Virus record (IMG/VR): IMGVR_UViG_3300021256_000005
Origin: a virus
Strand: one strand, 5' to 3'
Length of the DNA stretch: 64,000 nucleotides
Translations under genes and position numbers: made by a program
In this document: positions 52,614 to 62,680 of the stretch, one piece after another
Numbering within the stretch: the first letter of the stretch is position 1
How the letters are laid out: each line of letters starts with the position of its first letter
Notes under the pieces: model-generated
Seen by the model: the letters and a program-made list of their open reading frames with translations, nothing else
Told to the model about the DNA's origin: nothing
Database searches by the model: none

Positions 52614-54084
52614 AGATATATTAAAAAAAATCAACAAAAACAGAGATGAAATAGAAGCACCTTTTATTTTTTGTCTTTGGAAAGATCCTAATCTGTACGA
52701 TGATTATAAATCAATCAATGTACGTGGAGATAAAACAATACAGAGCAAAGATGGACTGTTCTATTTTCAGTTAGGGCGAGGAATGTATAATGAAGGTTAT
52801 CGCAACTTTGATAGTATTACGCTTGACTCATATCTGAAAGACAAGCCAAAAATTAGTCAGCAGTTTGAAGAATATGGCGGTTTTGGCGAAGTCGAGGAAA
52901 TGACGCAACTTGTTGATGTTGAGAATGTAGACGCTTATTATGACAAACTCGCTAAAATAAACATATTAAGCAACTTGCTTGTAAACTATGCTGATACGTT
53001 TAATAATCTGGATGATGTTGCAGGAATGACAAGTCAGAATGTGTATGATTTATTTGAGTACACATTAAATAATGTTTCGCTTGCTGTAAATCATGATATA
53101 AAAGTTCAGAGTCTTGTTTTAGACGATGCCTACATTGAAGAATGTAACAACGGCGAAGCGATGGGATTATCTTATGCAGAAAATTGTCCTAGGCTATCTA
53201 GTAAGACTTTAGGTTTACCACTCGGAGATCTGTATATGTTAGGCGCACATTCTGGTGTTGGTAAAAGTTCTTTCATGTTTGAGAACTTTATTTTGCCGCT
53301 GAATAATCAAGGAATTAAAGTTGCGATTGTTTCTAACGAGATGCAGTTAAAAGCGTATCAGAATTTAATATTAGTACATATTCTGACGCATGAGTTAAAC
53401 TATTGGAAGTTGACGAGAAAACACTTGAAAGTCGGTCACTTTACTGATGAACAGATAGATCTGATTAAACAGGCGCAAAAAATTTCAGAAGATAAATATT
53501 CTAATATAAGGTTTGTAAAGATTTTTGATACAGACACGAACAAGCTGCTCAAAATTATTAAGAAACTTGCTAAAGTTGGTTATCAATGTATTTGCTATGA
53601 CACAATGAAAGCAGACGACTCAACAGCAGATAATATGTGGCAACGGTTAATGATTGATAGCAGGAGAATTTTTCAGCTTGCAAGCAAAGAGAATATAAGT
53701 ATTGTTGTTACTTATCAGTTAGCGTTATACACAGAGAATCAGCGATATTTAAGTGCATCTTGTTTGTCGAATAGTAAGCAGATTAAGGAAGTTTTTTCTG
53801 AGATGGTTTATATGCGTAACATTTGGCACGATGAATTTCCGAAGGAGCAATATGATATTAAGCCGTATACGCTAGAAAAGAAAACAGATGGCAGTGGATG
53901 GTATCGTAACTACAATAGTATTAAGCTAGATAAAAACAAGAAATATATCATTGCTTTTTTGGATAAAACAAGAAATGATGAAAATAATATTCAGATTCTT
54001 TACGAATGGAATGCTCGGTTTAATTATTGGAAGGAGATTGGTTATTGCACTGTAGTAAATGAACACAGAGGGATTACTAGATGA
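52603..54084 (+). CDS. DnaB-like replicative helicase
   Basis: Walker A LGAHSGVGKSSFMFE, then VSNEM, Walker B-like ICYDTMKADD. Size is typical of the family (493 aa). Confidence 0.75.
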   Translation: MEVKDILKKINKNRDEIEAPFIFCLWKDPNLYDDYKSINVRGDKTIQSKDGLFYFQLGRGMYNEGYRNFDSITLDSYLKDKPKISQQFEEYGGFGEVEEMTQLVDVENVDAYYDKLAKINILSNLLVNYADTFNNLDDVAGMTSQNVYDLFEYTLNNVSLAVNHDIKVQSLVLDDAYIEECNNGEAMGLSYAENCPRLSSKTLGLPLGDLYMLGAHSGVGKSSFMFENFILPLNNQGIKVAIVSNEMQLKAYQNLILVHILTHELNYWKLTRKHLKVGHFTDEQIDLIKQAQKISEDKYSNIRFVKIFDTDTNKLLKIIKKLAKVGYQCICYDTMKADDSTADNMWQRLMIDSRRIFQLASKENISIVVTYQLALYTENQRYLSASCLSNSKQIKEVFSEMVYMRNIWHDEFPKEQYDIKPYTLEKKTDGSGWYRNYNSIKLDKNKKYIIAFLDKTRNDENNIQILYEWNARFNYWKEIGYCTVVNEHRGITR

Positions 54085-55097
54085 ACGCAGAGATTCTGCG
54101 GAATGAGTTAATTTGTAATCAAGAAGCAGTTGAAGATATTCTGACGGCACTTGGATTTGAACATATTAGAGATTGTGGTCATAATTTTCGGTTTCCAAAT
54201 ATAGATGGTGATAATCCTACGGCGATTAGCTTATGGAAAGATAATTTAGTATATCAAAACTTCACACGGAATAAGCATGGAAACTTGTTTACGCTCGTTA
54301 TGGATATATTACAATGTTCATTTCCAACGGCATTAGAATTTTGTGCCAAACATGGTAAGATTCAGCGATCTAAATTAAACCAGAAGCGAGTTAAACCGTT
54401 CCGTGGATTTTATAAAAAATTTCATAAGTCTGCATCCGACACTGTGTTTGATATTAAAACATATGATGAATCGCTCATAGAAGATTATACAGGATATTTT
54501 AATACGATGTGGTTGAATGATGGTGTGAGTTTCGAGACACAGGAGAAATTCAATATCGGATATTCTATACAAGACAATGCCATTACAATTCCGATTTATA
54601 ATACAGAAGGTCGGCTTGTTGGGTGTAAAGCAAGAACGAATGACTCACGCTGTCCACTCGATCAGCGTTGGTGGGCGATTATTCCGTTCCGTAAGACACA
54701 AGTTGTATACGGATACCATACAAACTACTGTTCGATTATTGAAAAGAATATTTGTGTGATTGGAGAAGCAGAAAAGTTTGTTTGTCAGCTTGATTCGATG
54801 AACTGTCATGTAGGACTCGCAATTATGGGACACGAACTATCAAAGGTGCAAACGAGATATATCAAAGGCTTACAAACAAAAAAGATTATACTGGCGTATG
54901 ATGAAGGAATTTCAGAAGATATATTACGATCCGAAGCAGAGAAATTGAAAATTGATACACCGATGCTGAAAAATCAAGTGGGATATATTTATGATAAAGA
55001 TAATAAATATTTATCACTCGGTAGTAAAGATAGTCCGTCTGATTTAGGGAAGTCTGGATTTTGTGGCTTAATTAAGGAGTGCGTAACATGGATATAA
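54081..55097 (+). CDS. DnaG-like (TOPRIM) DNA primase
   Basis: NTEGRLVGCKART (the primase RNAP-domain G-x-x-G-R pattern). TOPRIM Glu in CVIGEAEKFV and acidic pair in ILAYDEGISED. Coupled to the helicase gene. Confidence 0.6.
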   Translation: MNAEILRNELICNQEAVEDILTALGFEHIRDCGHNFRFPNIDGDNPTAISLWKDNLVYQNFTRNKHGNLFTLVMDILQCSFPTALEFCAKHGKIQRSKLNQKRVKPFRGFYKKFHKSASDTVFDIKTYDESLIEDYTGYFNTMWLNDGVSFETQEKFNIGYSIQDNAITIPIYNTEGRLVGCKARTNDSRCPLDQRWWAIIPFRKTQVVYGYHTNYCSIIEKNICVIGEAEKFVCQLDSMNCHVGLAIMGHELSKVQTRYIKGLQTKKIILAYDEGISEDILRSEAEKLKIDTPMLKNQVGYIYDKDNKYLSLGSKDSPSDLGKSGFCGLIKECVTWI

Positions 55098-55360
55098 ATG
55101 TACACGATGAATTAAAAGATACGTACGGGAAGCCTGTAACGGTACAAAAAATCCTTGGAGATACGGTTTTTGTAAAAGGTAAAGATGGAAATGTTTGCTC
55201 ATACAAGATGGTGGAACTTTTAAAATTTCAAAAGATGTTTCCAACAATTGAACCACTGCATGTGAATGAAATGATGAATGATCAAACTGTGTTATTGATG
55301 GTGATAAAAAAGGTAAATGAAATTATCAAATATCTAAACGAAGGACAAGATAATGGCTGA
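55088..55360 (+). CDS. hypothetical protein
   Basis: Start moved to ATG 55088 (MDINVHDEL..), after AAGGAG. Confidence 0.55.
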   Translation: MDINVHDELKDTYGKPVTVQKILGDTVFVKGKDGNVCSYKMVELLKFQKMFPTIEPLHVNEMMNDQTVLLMVIKKVNEIIKYLNEGQDNG

Positions 55361-56462
55361 GCGAAAAAAACAAGTAGAATTACAGAAATTATTTGAACAA
55401 GGAATTGAGATATATAGCTTTTCTAAATTAGACACGATCAATCAGTGCTTATATCAGGCTTATTTAACGTATTTAGAGCATAGACGTGGCACTGATAATA
55501 TTTATGGCATGATGGGAACTGTTGTCCATGATGCGCTTGAAAATTTAATCCATGATGATATTGCGGAAGATGATATTCTGCCAATTATTCAGAACGGATT
55601 GAGCGACTGTGAATTGCTCGGTGTAGAGTTTCCGAAAGACAAGAATGGTCAAGAAACAATTAAAAATAATTGGGTGAAAGACATGGTTCATTTTGCGAAA
55701 ACATTCCGCAAACCAAACGGCAAATTCGATACTGAGCGATTCTTCTTGTACAAAACAAATAAAAATATTTATGTACAAGGTTATATTGACTTGATTTTAC
55801 ACAATGAAGATGGAACAATCTCGATTTTAGACTGGAAAACATCATCGAAGTACAAAGGCAAAGACGTTGATGAACACGGTAGACAGCTTGCTATTTATGC
55901 ACTGGCACTCGAACAGCAAGGATATGAAGTAGCAGACGTTAGTTGGGTATTCTTAAAATATGTTGATGTGACTTATTATGGTTACAAAACTTCTCGATCA
56001 AAGAAGAAAACAGAAATTACCAAAACGATTGAAAGACGTTCACTTGTAAATACTTTAGCACCATGCATTATAGACGAACTACGTGCAAAAAATGTTGACG
56101 AATTTGATATAATTATGATGATGGAAGAAGCTAGAAAAACAAATACAATTCCAGATATTGTAGCAGATCGTTTTCGTCTGAAGCCATGTGTATTGAAATA
56201 TGAGCTAACCGATAAACGTAAAGATGACGTGATTAAATATATTAACAAAACAGCAAAGTTTTGGGAGTTAAACAAAAATAAAATTGTTCCTGATAGCTGT
56301 GAACACATCGCAATGACACGTCCTACAAAAACTGGAAAAGAAGTAGATGATTCATTTTTTTGCAGACAATTATGTAACTATAGAGACACTTGTATATATT
56401 TAAAGAACTATATTGCAGAAACAGAAAAGCAGAAAGATGAAGAAGAAATTTTATTCGGGTGA
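55353..56462 (+). CDS. PD-(D/E)xK exonuclease, Cas4/RecB-like with Fe-S cysteines
   Basis: GYIDLILHNEDGTISILDWKTS (D...D/ExK) and GRQLAIYALAL (QxxxY). One N-terminal Cys (INQCLYQAY) plus a C-terminal CRQLCNYRDTC. Acidic ..KDEEEILFG C-terminus. Confidence 0.7.
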   Translation: MAERKKQVELQKLFEQGIEIYSFSKLDTINQCLYQAYLTYLEHRRGTDNIYGMMGTVVHDALENLIHDDIAEDDILPIIQNGLSDCELLGVEFPKDKNGQETIKNNWVKDMVHFAKTFRKPNGKFDTERFFLYKTNKNIYVQGYIDLILHNEDGTISILDWKTSSKYKGKDVDEHGRQLAIYALALEQQGYEVADVSWVFLKYVDVTYYGYKTSRSKKKTEITKTIERRSLVNTLAPCIIDELRAKNVDEFDIIMMMEEARKTNTIPDIVADRFRLKPCVLKYELTDKRKDDVIKYINKTAKFWELNKNKIVPDSCEHIAMTRPTKTGKEVDDSFFCRQLCNYRDTCIYLKNYIAETEKQKDEEEILFG

Positions 56463-56468
56463 TCTTGA

Positions 56469-59400
56469 ATGCAAAACTATCATAAACATACGTATTGGTC
56501 AAACATTTCTACACCAGATAGCTGTGTAAGTTATCAGGCTTATGCAGACAGAGTAAAAGAGTTAGGACATAAAGTTTTATCTTCTGTTGAGCATGGATGG
56601 CAGGGAAATTACTTTGAAACGTTTGACGTAGCAAAGAAAAACGGATTGAAGTTCGTTTTTGGCTGTGAAGCTTACTGGGTAAAAGATAGATTAAAAGAAT
56701 ATGACACTGGCAGAGTTGATAAAAATAAGAAGCCGATTACACAGTTAGATGGGAGCAATAAACATATCGTTATATTGGCTCGCAATGAGCGTGGCAGACG
56801 GGCAATCAATAATATGTTGAGCGAAGCTAATATTAGCGGGTATTATTATAAACCCAGAATTGACCGTGAATTGATTTTCCAATTGCCACCAGAAGATGTG
56901 TTTATCACCAGTGCTTGTATTGAGTTTGATGGATATGATGATACTGAGGACATTATAAAGTCACTGCATGATTATTTTGGTAAGAACTTTATGTTGGAGA
57001 TTCAGTATTATGATAACGATAAACAAAAGGCGTGGAATCGTAAATTAAAAGAGTGGTCAAAGAAATACAACATTGAAATGATTGTCGGATTAGACTCGCA
57101 TTATATTAAGCCAGAACAGTCAGAACAGCGTGATTATTTTCTGAAATCGTTTATAGCTAATAAGAATTACACTACCGATGATATTCTGGATTATCCAGAC
57201 GATGCTACTGTTGTAGAAAGATTTTTACAGCAAGGGATATTTTCACAAGACGAAATTCAGCGGGCGATGGACAATACGGATGTATGTTTAGAATTTGACG
57301 ATTACGATAATGAGCGTGTGTTTACAACCGATATAAAATTGCCGAACATCTTATATAAAGATAAAACACTCGAAGAAAAGAATGAGATTTTCGGTCGGCT
57401 GATTACAAAGCAGTTCAAGAAATATATGAAAGAAATTGACAGTAGTCGATATGATGAATATTTCAACGCTGTCAAAGACGAGGTAAAAACATGGACAGAT
57501 ACCAAAATGGTAGACTATCCATTATTAAATTATAGAGTTATCAACGAAGCAAAGAAGATGGGAGGTATGCTTACACTAACAGGGCGTGGTTCAGCTAGTT
57601 CATTTTTTACAAATACGTTACTTGGCTTCTCAACTATTGATCGGCTATCTGCGCCCATTCAGCTATTTCCATCACGCTTTATGTCAACGACACGTATTCT
57701 GGAAACTCACAGCTTACCAGATATTGATTTTAACTGCGGTAATATACCAGTGTTTGAGAAAGCACAGGAAAAAGTGTTAGGCAAAGATCATGCCATTGCT
57801 ATGTGTGCATATGGTACATATAAAAAGAAGTCAGCATTTAAAATGTTTGCCCGTGCAGTTAGTATGGATTTTCAGTTAGCTAATACGATTTCAGAACAGT
57901 TAGGTGCTTATGATAAAGCGGTTTCTCATGCGGATGAAGGTGAAGAAATTAACTTAGCGGACTATGTAGATGAACAGTACATGAAGTATGTTGAAGAAAG
58001 TAAAACATATCAAAACATCGTTGTTTCACGTTCTAAAGCACCGTCAGCATATCTGTTATATGATGGAAACATTAGAGAGGAAATAGGATTATTCAAATGT
58101 AAAAGTAAAACAACCAAAAAAGAATATCTAACCTGCATTATGGATGGTGCTGTTGCTGAGAAGAATAAATTTTTGAAAAATGATTTATTAAAAGTAGACG
58201 TCGTTCCGCTGATTATAAAGATTTTTGAGCGCATTGGAATTAAACCTTTCACAGCAAAAGAATTGGAAAAGATTGTCGAGAACGATTCAGAGGTCTGGGA
58301 TTTATATGCAAACGGATATACTATCGGCTTAAATCAGTGTGAAAAACCATCGGCACGTAAAAAACTTATGGCTTATAAACCACATTCAGTTGCAGAGCTG
58401 ACAGCGTTTGTAGCCGCCATTAGACCATCGTTCCAGTCAATGTATAAGCAGTTTGAGTCCAGAGAAAGTTTTGATTATGGGATTCCTGCTTTAGATAAAA
58501 TTATTCAAACGCCACAAATGCCGTATTCATACTTATTGTATCAGGAAAGCGTTATGAATATTTTATATTATGCGGGATTTCCTATGAGTGAATGTTACAG
58601 TGCTATTAAAGCTATCGCAAAGAAACATCCAGAAAAAGTCGTTGTGTTAAAGCAGAGATTTATGGATGGATTTAATGATCGGCTGATTAACGAAGAACAT
58701 GTTTCCTTAGAATCCGCAAACGAAACTAGTGAGAAAGTTTGGCGTATCGTTGAAGATTCCTGTGGATATGGATTTAACTGTTCTCATGCGTATTCCGTTG
58801 CGTTGGACAGTCTGTATAATGCTTGGCAAAAAGCGCATTATCCGTATGAGTTTTATGAGTTTGAGTTACAGTATTTTTGCGATAAAGGTAATAAGGCAAA
58901 AGTCGCATTATTGAAAAAAGAAATGACAGAAGCGTTTGGCATTGAAGAAGGTGCATATAAATTTGGTTTAGATAATCGACACTTTTCTTCCGATAAAGAG
59001 CATCACGTTATTAACCCTGCACTGAAATCAATTAAAGATATGTCGGATGATTGCGCAGAAGCACTATGGGAGTTAGGGCAAAAACAGTACGATAACTTTG
59101 TTGATTTATGTATAGATGTGCAAAGCGCTGTGAAAAGAAATCAGTTGGATATATTGATTCATTTGAACTATTTTAGTGACTTTGCAAAAAGTCAAAAGAT
59201 ATTAAAATTTGTAGAAGCGTTTAACAGTTTGTATGGCAAGAAGCAATTCAATAAAGAGAACAATAGTGAAGTGTTTCATAAATATTTTTCTTTGATTGAA
59301 CCATTTTTTAGAAAGACTACACCGAAACAATATAGAGAATTTGATTCGATTGGCGCACTGAAAGCAATTTGGGATTTTTTACCGAATACAGAAATATCAG

Positions 59401-59762
59401 TTAGGGAAAGATTGGAATGCGAATATGAAAAATTAGGATACAATACAATTACAAATCATCATGTCGGAAAACAATATGTTTTTGTACAGGAATATGAATG
59501 TAAATATAAAAATCCTAAACTGACGGTTTATCGTATGAAGGATGGAGCTATAGAAGTAATTAAGATTAAAGCGAATAAATATCAAGAGAATCCGATCAAT
59601 CAGTATGATGTAATTGAAATGGTAGATGTGAAGGAACAGCCGATATGGGTAAAAGACGGTTGGAAGGACGAAGCATGTACGAAGCCAAACTGGGTAAGAG
59701 ATTATTCTCGCACTGAAACATTATTAAATAGTTGGAATTTCATAGGTAAACACGAACGATGA
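56469..59762 (+). CDS. dnaE: DNA polymerase III alpha subunit (DnaE-type, PHP domain)
   Basis: 1097 aa. PHP N-terminus YHKHTYWSN..SSVEHG. Palm motifs TGRGSASSFF and LPDIDFNCG. Later FNCSHAYSVA. Confidence 0.85.
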   Translation: MQNYHKHTYWSNISTPDSCVSYQAYADRVKELGHKVLSSVEHGWQGNYFETFDVAKKNGLKFVFGCEAYWVKDRLKEYDTGRVDKNKKPITQLDGSNKHIVILARNERGRRAINNMLSEANISGYYYKPRIDRELIFQLPPEDVFITSACIEFDGYDDTEDIIKSLHDYFGKNFMLEIQYYDNDKQKAWNRKLKEWSKKYNIEMIVGLDSHYIKPEQSEQRDYFLKSFIANKNYTTDDILDYPDDATVVERFLQQGIFSQDEIQRAMDNTDVCLEFDDYDNERVFTTDIKLPNILYKDKTLEEKNEIFGRLITKQFKKYMKEIDSSRYDEYFNAVKDEVKTWTDTKMVDYPLLNYRVINEAKKMGGMLTLTGRGSASSFFTNTLLGFSTIDRLSAPIQLFPSRFMSTTRILETHSLPDIDFNCGNIPVFEKAQEKVLGKDHAIAMCAYGTYKKKSAFKMFARAVSMDFQLANTISEQLGAYDKAVSHADEGEEINLADYVDEQYMKYVEESKTYQNIVVSRSKAPSAYLLYDGNIREEIGLFKCKSKTTKKEYLTCIMDGAVAEKNKFLKNDLLKVDVVPLIIKIFERIGIKPFTAKELEKIVENDSEVWDLYANGYTIGLNQCEKPSARKKLMAYKPHSVAELTAFVAAIRPSFQSMYKQFESRESFDYGIPALDKIIQTPQMPYSYLLYQESVMNILYYAGFPMSECYSAIKAIAKKHPEKVVVLKQRFMDGFNDRLINEEHVSLESANETSEKVWRIVEDSCGYGFNCSHAYSVALDSLYNAWQKAHYPYEFYEFELQYFCDKGNKAKVALLKKEMTEAFGIEEGAYKFGLDNRHFSSDKEHHVINPALKSIKDMSDDCAEALWELGQKQYDNFVDLCIDVQSAVKRNQLDILIHLNYFSDFAKSQKILKFVEAFNSLYGKKQFNKENNSEVFHKYFSLIEPFFRKTTPKQYREFDSIGALKAIWDFLPNTEISVRERLECEYEKLGYNTITNHHVGKQYVFVQEYECKYKNPKLTVYRMKDGAIEVIKIKANKYQENPINQYDVIEMVDVKEQPIWVKDGWKDEACTKPNWVRDYSRTETLLNSWNFIGKHER

Positions 59763-60292
59763 TAAGTTATTACAAATATTCCGATAAAGAAATCAAAGAT
59801 ATTCTACAGTCTATTGTTGTAGTGGTGGATAGTAGAGAACAGAAGAATAAACACATTCTTGACGTATTTGATAAACATAAAATTAAATATATCACAAAAA
59901 AGCTTGACGAGGGGGATTATACTTTTTATGTACCACAAAATACAGAGTACGGATTTTTACGTGACCTGTGGTTTGATAGACAGTTAATTTTTGAAAGAAA
60001 AGCAAGTCTGGAAGAACTATCTGGTAACTTTTCTAAAGATCGAAGCAGACTTGAAAAAGAATTTGCCACAATGAAAGCACAAAATAAAATTCTAATCATT
60101 GAAAACAGTCAGTACGGAGATATTGTCAGTGGGAATTATAACACACAATACAGCATAAAAAGTTATCTTGCTACGTTACATACGTTTGCAAGTCGATATA
60201 ATTTAGATATAATGTTTATGCCGACACCAGAGCATACAGCACTATATATGTTATATTCCATGCGTTATTATCTAAGAGAGGTATTAAAATGA
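59759..60292 (+). CDS. ERCC4/Mus81-like nuclease domain protein
   Basis: VVVDSREQ ... EGDYTF ... LIFERKASLEEL follows the ERCC4 signature order D..GD(Y)..ERK. Confidence 0.5.
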   Translation: MISYYKYSDKEIKDILQSIVVVVDSREQKNKHILDVFDKHKIKYITKKLDEGDYTFYVPQNTEYGFLRDLWFDRQLIFERKASLEELSGNFSKDRSRLEKEFATMKAQNKILIIENSQYGDIVSGNYNTQYSIKSYLATLHTFASRYNLDIMFMPTPEHTALYMLYSMRYYLREVLK

Positions 60293-61053
60293 AATTATAC
60301 GTCAAAGTAGAAGTTTTTCGAGAGTTGTTAGATCGGTTTGAAACTGATGATATTAAGAAGTATTGTATAGATATGATTGCGGAGATTCCAGATTATATTT
60401 TTATCATTCCAAGTAGCACTACAGGTAAGTATCATAACGCTACGCAGTGCCAGATGCACGGACAGCTGTTTCATATCTATGCATTTGGACAAATCATGAA
60501 TTATATGCTTGATCTGGAATATAATCAGCATAAGTTTAAGTCACCAATTCAAAGAGATTTATTACGCTGTACACCGATCCTGCATGATGGATGGAAGTGT
60601 GGTGAGACAGAAAGTAAATACACTGTATTTGAACATCCAGTAATTGCAGGTGAGAAAATCCGCACATTGAAAGTTACACATGACATTAATCAGGATTATA
60701 AAAATTATTTAGCTGATCTTTGTGCGTCTCACAGTGGACAGTGGACTACTTCTAAACGGTCAGATATAGTATTACCAAAACCCAAATCAGAAGCTCAGTA
60801 TTTAGTACATCTGTGTGATTATTTATCGAGTCGTAATGACATTGATTTGTTACCGACAGACACGTTGTTAAAAGCTTGCAAACAAGTTGAAGATGCAATT
60901 GCTAGTGATAAATATATTTTTACTTTTGGAAAATATCAAGGCGAAGAATTTGATGACGTATTAAAACAGGACAGTAATTATATTGAGTGGTTAAAAAATG
61001 AATATGATTCGATTGATACTTTAATGGTGAAATTAAAGGCAAACAAATTATAA
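60289..61053 (+). CDS. HD-domain-like protein with C-terminal DUF3820-like motif
   Basis: ..TTGKYHN.., ..ILHDGWK.., ..CASHSGQW.. (His/Asp ligand pattern). C-terminal FTFGKYQGEEFDDVLKQDSNYIEWL. Confidence 0.4.
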   Translation: MKLYVKVEVFRELLDRFETDDIKKYCIDMIAEIPDYIFIIPSSTTGKYHNATQCQMHGQLFHIYAFGQIMNYMLDLEYNQHKFKSPIQRDLLRCTPILHDGWKCGETESKYTVFEHPVIAGEKIRTLKVTHDINQDYKNYLADLCASHSGQWTTSKRSDIVLPKPKSEAQYLVHLCDYLSSRNDIDLLPTDTLLKACKQVEDAIASDKYIFTFGKYQGEEFDDVLKQDSNYIEWLKNEYDSIDTLMVKLKANKL

Positions 61054-61108
61054 ATTTATCCGCAAAATAATTGACATAATTTTGTAAAATTGCTATTATA
61101 ATACTAGC

Positions 61109-61136
61109 TTGACAACTGAACTTGTTGGAGTATAAT
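61109..61136 (+). promoter_or_regulatory. sigma-A-like promoter
   Basis: TTGACA-N16-TATAAT. A second weaker candidate lies ~45 nt upstream (TTGACA-N17-TATTAT). Confidence 0.6.
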
Positions 61137-61179
61137 AAAAACAAACACATGTTCGATAAAATGAAAGGAGAAGAAAATT

Positions 61180-61350
61180 TTGATTGAAGATTTAAAAGAC
61201 TGGTTGAATCACCATCCAAACGAAACACACGCTGTTTCAATGGACGATAATGGATTAGTAGTTGTGTCTCGATTACCAGAAGACGATATGTTTGTTATAA
61301 TCACAAGTTCGGATTATCAAACACAGTATCATCACCTGAGTACGTGTTAA
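61180..61350 (+). CDS. small hypothetical protein (56 aa, TTG start)
   Basis: My own reading: AAAGGAG, a 9-nt spacer, then TTG. Translates (M)IEDLKDWLNHHPNETHAVSMDDNGLVVVSRLPEDDMFVIITSSDYQTQYHHLSTC. Below the track cutoff. Confidence 0.35.
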   Translation: MIEDLKDWLNHHPNETHAVSMDDNGLVVVSRLPEDDMFVIITSSDYQTQYHHLSTC

Positions 61351-61401
61351 AACTGCTTACGGTATCTCAACAGCTCTCAATAAAAAGTAAAGGATGATTA
61401 T

Positions 61402-61989
61402 TTGAAGATAACAAAGAAAATAGGAACTCTGGCATTATTGTCGGTACTAACTTTTTCAATGGGAACACCTGCATATGCATCTACGGCGGTTTATGTAAAT
61501 GCAAAAAGCGGATTAAACATTCGTAAAACACCCAATACTAATAAAAAAGCAGTTGACACTGTGACTTTTGGTACAAAGTTAGTTAGAATCAAAAAAGGAA
61601 AAGCGTGGGACACGATTTCATATCATGGAAAAACACGTTATGTGTCGAACAAACACATTTCTACAAGAATGGTAAAACAACCTAATCGTTCTGTTGTTAA
61701 ATCCAACGCAAAATATTCCAATAGTTATTTTAAGCGTATGGGAATTATACGATGGAACGGAAAACGTTTCACATGGTATTCTCAGCGTGTTTTATCAGGA
61801 AGTGGATTAAAAATTCCTGGCAGACACGTAGATGGATGCGGTTATGTATGTGATCGTAATGGTTATATTTGTGCGGCATCATCTGTATTGCGTAAAGGTG
61901 CGATAACATCAACACCTTTTGGAAAGCCTTGTAAAATCTACGACTACAATGCTTCTAATTCAGCAATAGATATATATGTAAACTGGTAA
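61402..61989 (+). CDS. secreted cell-wall-binding/hydrolase candidate (SH3b-like + 3D-like C-terminal domain)
   Basis: TTG start. Signal peptide ..ALLSVLTFSMGTPAYA. YVNAKSGLNIRKTPNTNKKAVDTVTFGTKL..W..ISYHGKTRYV is SH3b-like. The C-terminus ..GLKIPGRHVD..GYICAAS...PFGKPCKIYD...AIDIYVNW resembles 3D/RlpA-type barrels. Confidence 0.45.
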   Translation: MKITKKIGTLALLSVLTFSMGTPAYASTAVYVNAKSGLNIRKTPNTNKKAVDTVTFGTKLVRIKKGKAWDTISYHGKTRYVSNKHISTRMVKQPNRSVVKSNAKYSNSYFKRMGIIRWNGKRFTWYSQRVLSGSGLKIPGRHVDGCGYVCDRNGYICAASSVLRKGAITSTPFGKPCKIYDYNASNSAIDIYVNW

Positions 61990-62069
61990 ACAAAAGATAA
62001 TTAGATACCGTTTGTATTGGTGGCGTTTATGCGCCACTGGTACATAAAACTAAATCAAAGGAGCAAGAA

Positions 62070-62678
62070 ATGAAAACTGAATTTAACGCCTTTATTGATG
62101 ATTGGCGCAGGGTAAAAAATCATTGTCGAACTACAGACAATAAAGATTTTACGGAAAAAGAACCAACGAATGAGTTTAAGAAAAAACTTCTGATGTCTGA
62201 ACATTCACCGATTCGCCTGTTAGAATTTGATTGGTCTTGGAAACAGATTCCATACTGGGTATCAACAGAATGGAGCAGACATAAACACGAAAAATTCATC
62301 AGCACTCAGCGAGACGATAGGTTAAAAGATGAAACACCTAGAGGTAAAAAGCCACAAGATGCCCTTGTAAATCACGATGGTTATGCTAATATGCAACATC
62401 TGATTGACGCTTTTCGTAAGCGGTTATGTTATCAAGCTACTAAAGAAGCACGGGAATTAGGAGAAGATTTCAAGCTGACGTTAGGAACATCTCATAAAGC
62501 AGAAAGTGATGTATTAGTTCCGAACTGTGTTTATCGTGGTGGTTGTCCAGAATTTCATAGTTGCGGTTGGTGGCATAGTTTTGACAACTACTGTTATGAA
62601 CATAGCGTTGATATTTGCGATCTGTTTGAACGATATGAAGCTTATAACGCTTATTTTACAAAAACAAAAGGAGAATAA
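62070..62678 (+). CDS. divergent ThyX-like (flavin-dependent thymidylate synthase fold) protein
   Basis: SEHSPIRLLEFDWSWKQIPYWVSTEWSRHKHEKFISTQRDDR parallels the ThyX core (H-x-S..E..F.F..S.....RHR.....S.R), but with RHK in place of RHR and an altered Ser spacing. Confidence 0.4.
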   Translation: MKTEFNAFIDDWRRVKNHCRTTDNKDFTEKEPTNEFKKKLLMSEHSPIRLLEFDWSWKQIPYWVSTEWSRHKHEKFISTQRDDRLKDETPRGKKPQDALVNHDGYANMQHLIDAFRKRLCYQATKEARELGEDFKLTLGTSHKAESDVLVPNCVYRGGCPEFHSCGWWHSFDNYCYEHSVDICDLFERYEAYNAYFTKTKGE

Positions 62679-62680
62679 AT

